Part shown: one piece after another, positions 31,522 through 33,372 of the stretch | Layout: each line of letters starts with the position of its first letter | How positions within the stretch are numbered: position 1 is the stretch's first letter | Assembly: GCA_012961745.1 (NCBI GenBank) | Contig: DTYT01000041.1 | Location: 1-33,372, forward strand | Length of the DNA stretch: 33,372 nt | Direction of reading: 5' to 3' | Source of the DNA: Kiritimatiellia bacterium | Lineage (GTDB): Bacteria; Verrucomicrobiota; Kiritimatiellia; B70-G9 | The notes under the pieces: model-generated | Database searches by the model: none | What the model was told of the DNA's origin: nothing | The model's input: the letters and a program-made list of their open reading frames with translations, nothing else | Position numbers and translations under genes: made by a program

Positions 31522-32574
31522 TCAGGTCCCACTGCCCAGTATCCGAGCCGTCACGTCAGCCAGCAGCTCGTGACGATACAGCCGGGTGATCATCCGTACG
31601 TCGAGTGCGTGACCGGCCTTGTACGAAGTTATTGCGCCGACGAATCGCCCGCGATCCACCAGCGCGACCGCGGCCAGAAGGTCAAGTGCGGCACGGTGCC
31701 ACACCGGTTCCAGATACTTGTCACCGTGTGGTAGCCGGGGCTGGTTCACGTAGCGTCTCCGGCCCACCACCAGGATGTTTTCGTGGGTATAGCCCAGATT
31801 GCGGATATCCGCAAAGATCCGACCTATGGTCTGGCAGTACAGCTTCTTCGCCGCCGTGGTATTGGTACGGGCCACCGCCGCCCGTTCGAATAGTGCCCGC
31901 GACAAGGCAAAACGCACGCGCTGCCGCCCGATAGCGTTCTCAAAATGGATCGCACAATCAACTGTCAGAAAAGGATCGCACCCCTGCCAGGGTTCGAATA
32001 CAAGAAACGCACCGGAAGGGGAAATCACGCTCACCTTCTCCTTGACCGTCACATAGCGGGGAAGTTCCGACAGCCGACGGATGCCGGCGGAAGTCACTGC
32101 ATCTACCAGTCTCCGGCTACCCTCCGCGAACAGAGGGGGATCTCCCGAATCCGTCAGTACGTTGAGGTCGTCGATACCAAGACCTACCTTAAGAGCGACA
32201 ATATGCTCGACCATGCGGACATAATTGTGCGGCGGGCCGCTGCGCAGTACAATGTTGCTGACGATGCGGCCGGTAGTCCAGACGTTGCGCACGGAAACCT
32301 CCGTAGGAAGACAATCCGGCAGGTCCGCGCGATCAAACCACCATCCGCAGCGACTCGGCTCAAAACTCAAGTGCCGCAGCGCCCGACGAAAAAAGGTTCC
32401 GGGGCCGCTGACCCGGGCTGCCGAATTGATGGTCGTCCGGCCGTTGCGTGGCGCAGGATACGGTCCAGTGAGATCTTCGAAGTCCACCGGCTGATCGAGC
32501 CATTTCCCCAAAGCCTTCCGTCCCGCCTCGATGTTGCCCCAAAGGATCCTGCCGAAGAACTCACGCGCTTTCAT
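31522..32574 (-). CDS. Divergent LpxC-like (UDP-3-O-acyl-GlcNAc deacetylase fold) protein
   Basis: It is collinear with LpxC blocks recalled from E. coli. RTTINSAARVSGPG aligns with QRTLK....G.GLHTG. RMVEHIVALKVGLGIDDLNV aligns with TVEHLNAALAGLGIDN. WHRAALDLL aligns with RHKMLDAIGDL. ITSYKAGHALD aligns with FTAYKSGHALN. It has about 50 extra N-terminal residues, and several conserved motifs are altered. The ATG at 32574 has an AAGGGTAG SD. Confidence 0.6.
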   Translation of the reverse strand: MKAREFFGRILWGNIEAGRKALGKWLDQPVDFEDLTGPYPAPRNGRTTINSAARVSGPGTFFRRALRHLSFEPSRCGWWFDRADLPDCLPTEVSVRNVWTTGRIVSNIVLRSGPPHNYVRMVEHIVALKVGLGIDDLNVLTDSGDPPLFAEGSRRLVDAVTSAGIRRLSELPRYVTVKEKVSVISPSGAFLVFEPWQGCDPFLTVDCAIHFENAIGRQRVRFALSRALFERAAVARTNTTAAKKLYCQTIGRIFADIRNLGYTHENILVVGRRRYVNQPRLPHGDKYLEPVWHRAALDLLAAVALVDRGRFVGAITSYKAGHALDVRMITRLYRHELLADVTARILGSGT

Positions 32575-32711
32575 TGGACGGCTTCTACCCTTATACGAAA
32601 CCGGCGCAGGTTACAATACCGCCCTCCCGGAGGCAAACAAATTGGCCAGAAGAGATCCAACGGGGGAACGACGCTGCGGTTCAAGTCTCTGTGCCATGGA
32701 ACCAGCTCACA

Positions 32712-33185
32712 CTACGCATCACCTGTCTGCGAAGGAGACGTGTGTTGTCGTATCTTATCTACCATCTTGCGGTAGCACTCCGGACAGACACCATGCGTGA
32801 ATTGTGCGTCAGTGCGGCCGGCCACAAAGAGATCCAGCTTTTCCCATTGTTCCGGATCCACCTCCACCTTCCCGCAGTAGCTGCACACTTTGAACATTCC
32901 TGCCAATATACGGCGATGCTGCAGGTAGGAATAGGCGATATTGATGAATCCCACCACGATGATAGCGGCTGTGAGAATCGAGGCCCCAAAGGGATCCGGG
33001 GAGCGGGGTGGGGCGCCGTAGATGAGATTGGGCAGATCCAGTATTTGGTTGACCCAGACCAGACAGATCAACATGAAGAAAATCGCCGCCTGCCAGAAGG
33101 CAACGTAATGCAACGGGCTGCTGCGCACCAGCCTCTGGTGTGTGTGCGGCATTGCCACCTGCCACTGCCCCAGCACAACCAGCAT
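32712..33185 (-). CDS. Small 2-TM membrane protein with a C-terminal CxxC...HGxCPxC zinc-ribbon-like domain
   Basis: Two hydrophobic helices (AFWQAAIFFMLICLVWV and ASILTAAIIVVGFINIAY). Then KVCSYCGKVEVDPEQWEKLDLFVAGRTDAQFTHGVCPECYRKM. The true ATG is at 33185; the ORF-track start at 33197 is a TTG. Confidence 0.6.
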   Translation of the reverse strand: MLVVLGQWQVAMPHTHQRLVRSSPLHYVAFWQAAIFFMLICLVWVNQILDLPNLIYGAPPRSPDPFGASILTAAIIVVGFINIAYSYLQHRRILAGMFKVCSYCGKVEVDPEQWEKLDLFVAGRTDAQFTHGVCPECYRKMVDKIRQHTSPSQTGDA

Positions 33186-33341
33186 ACTCCGGATCAACTG
33201 CGCGATAAAGCTTCATCTGATTTCCCGCCCGTGCCAACCGATCGGCCGGCGACCGCAAAGCCCACGTGGCACCGGACAATACTGCCGATCCCGGATACTG
33301 CGGCAGCCGTAACGATCTCCGGGGGAGGGAGTTGCCGGACT

Positions 33342-33372
33342 TGGTGGCGGAGGTGGGACTCGAACCCACGAC
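33342..33372 (-). tRNA. 3' portion of a tRNA gene (T-arm, acceptor 3' strand and encoded CCA). The rest lies outside the window and the isotype cannot be determined.
   Basis: The reverse complement of 33342-33372 reads GTCGTGGGTTCGAGTCCCACCTCCGCCACCA. The T-stem/loop is GTGGG-TTCGAGT-CCCAC, the acceptor strand is CTCCGCC, the discriminator is A, and the terminal CCA is encoded. Confidence 0.8.

Noticed and set aside
32809-33369. 186-aa minus-strand ORF overlapping the zinc-ribbon gene and reaching the tRNA
   Set aside because: It overlaps the better-supported 2-TM/zinc-ribbon frame and the tRNA 3' end. The translation is Gly/Ala/Arg/Pro-rich with no features.
33342-33372. The tRNA at the window edge as an integration site for a genomic island
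   Set aside because: No integrase, direct repeat of the tRNA 3' end, or compositional break is visible in the adjacent sequence.
1-33372. CRISPR arrays, IS elements, transposases, prophage genes, toxin-antitoxin or known defence-system genes
   Set aside because: I looked for spaced direct repeats, terminal inverted repeats and transposase, integrase or nuclease-type motifs in all supplied ORFs and found none.

Overview
GC-rich, tightly packed bacterial chromosomal segment with about 27 protein genes and one truncated tRNA at the right edge. I saw no rRNA, CRISPR array, IS element or integrase. Many genes abut or overlap by 4 nt (ATGA/GTGA), and convergent gene ends lie only 7-18 nt apart. 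Content from left to right: (i) the 3' part of a Calx-beta surface protein. (ii) The conserved phoH / 7TM-HD (PgpH-like) / ybeY / CBS-domain CorC-like operon, with an extra EboE-like TIM-barrel gene coupled to its end. (iii) aroC and a REC-histidine kinase hybrid on the minus strand. (iv) The most unusual locus: a beta-ketoacyl-synthase homologue with all three catalytic residues replaced. It appears translationally coupled to a 7TM sensor kinase, a second paralogous cytoplasmic kinase and a sigma-54 enhancer-binding response regulator. (v) Polysaccharide-modification genes: a pyruvyl transferase, a metal-hydrolase-like gene and an SDR epimerase. (vi) A roughly 10 kb co-directional minus-strand array: pilB, pilC, a PilS-like kinase with no ATP-binding domain, argH, an ABC-2 exporter, a TPR protein, an ExeA/MshM-like ATPase and a GspB-like protein. 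A sigma-54-type promoter candidate sits in front of pilB. (vii) A stand-alone T2SS-E N-terminal-domain protein, a divergent LpxC-like protein and a small 2-TM zinc-ribbon protein. All functional calls come from motif recognition by eye on the supplied translations. No database search was possible.
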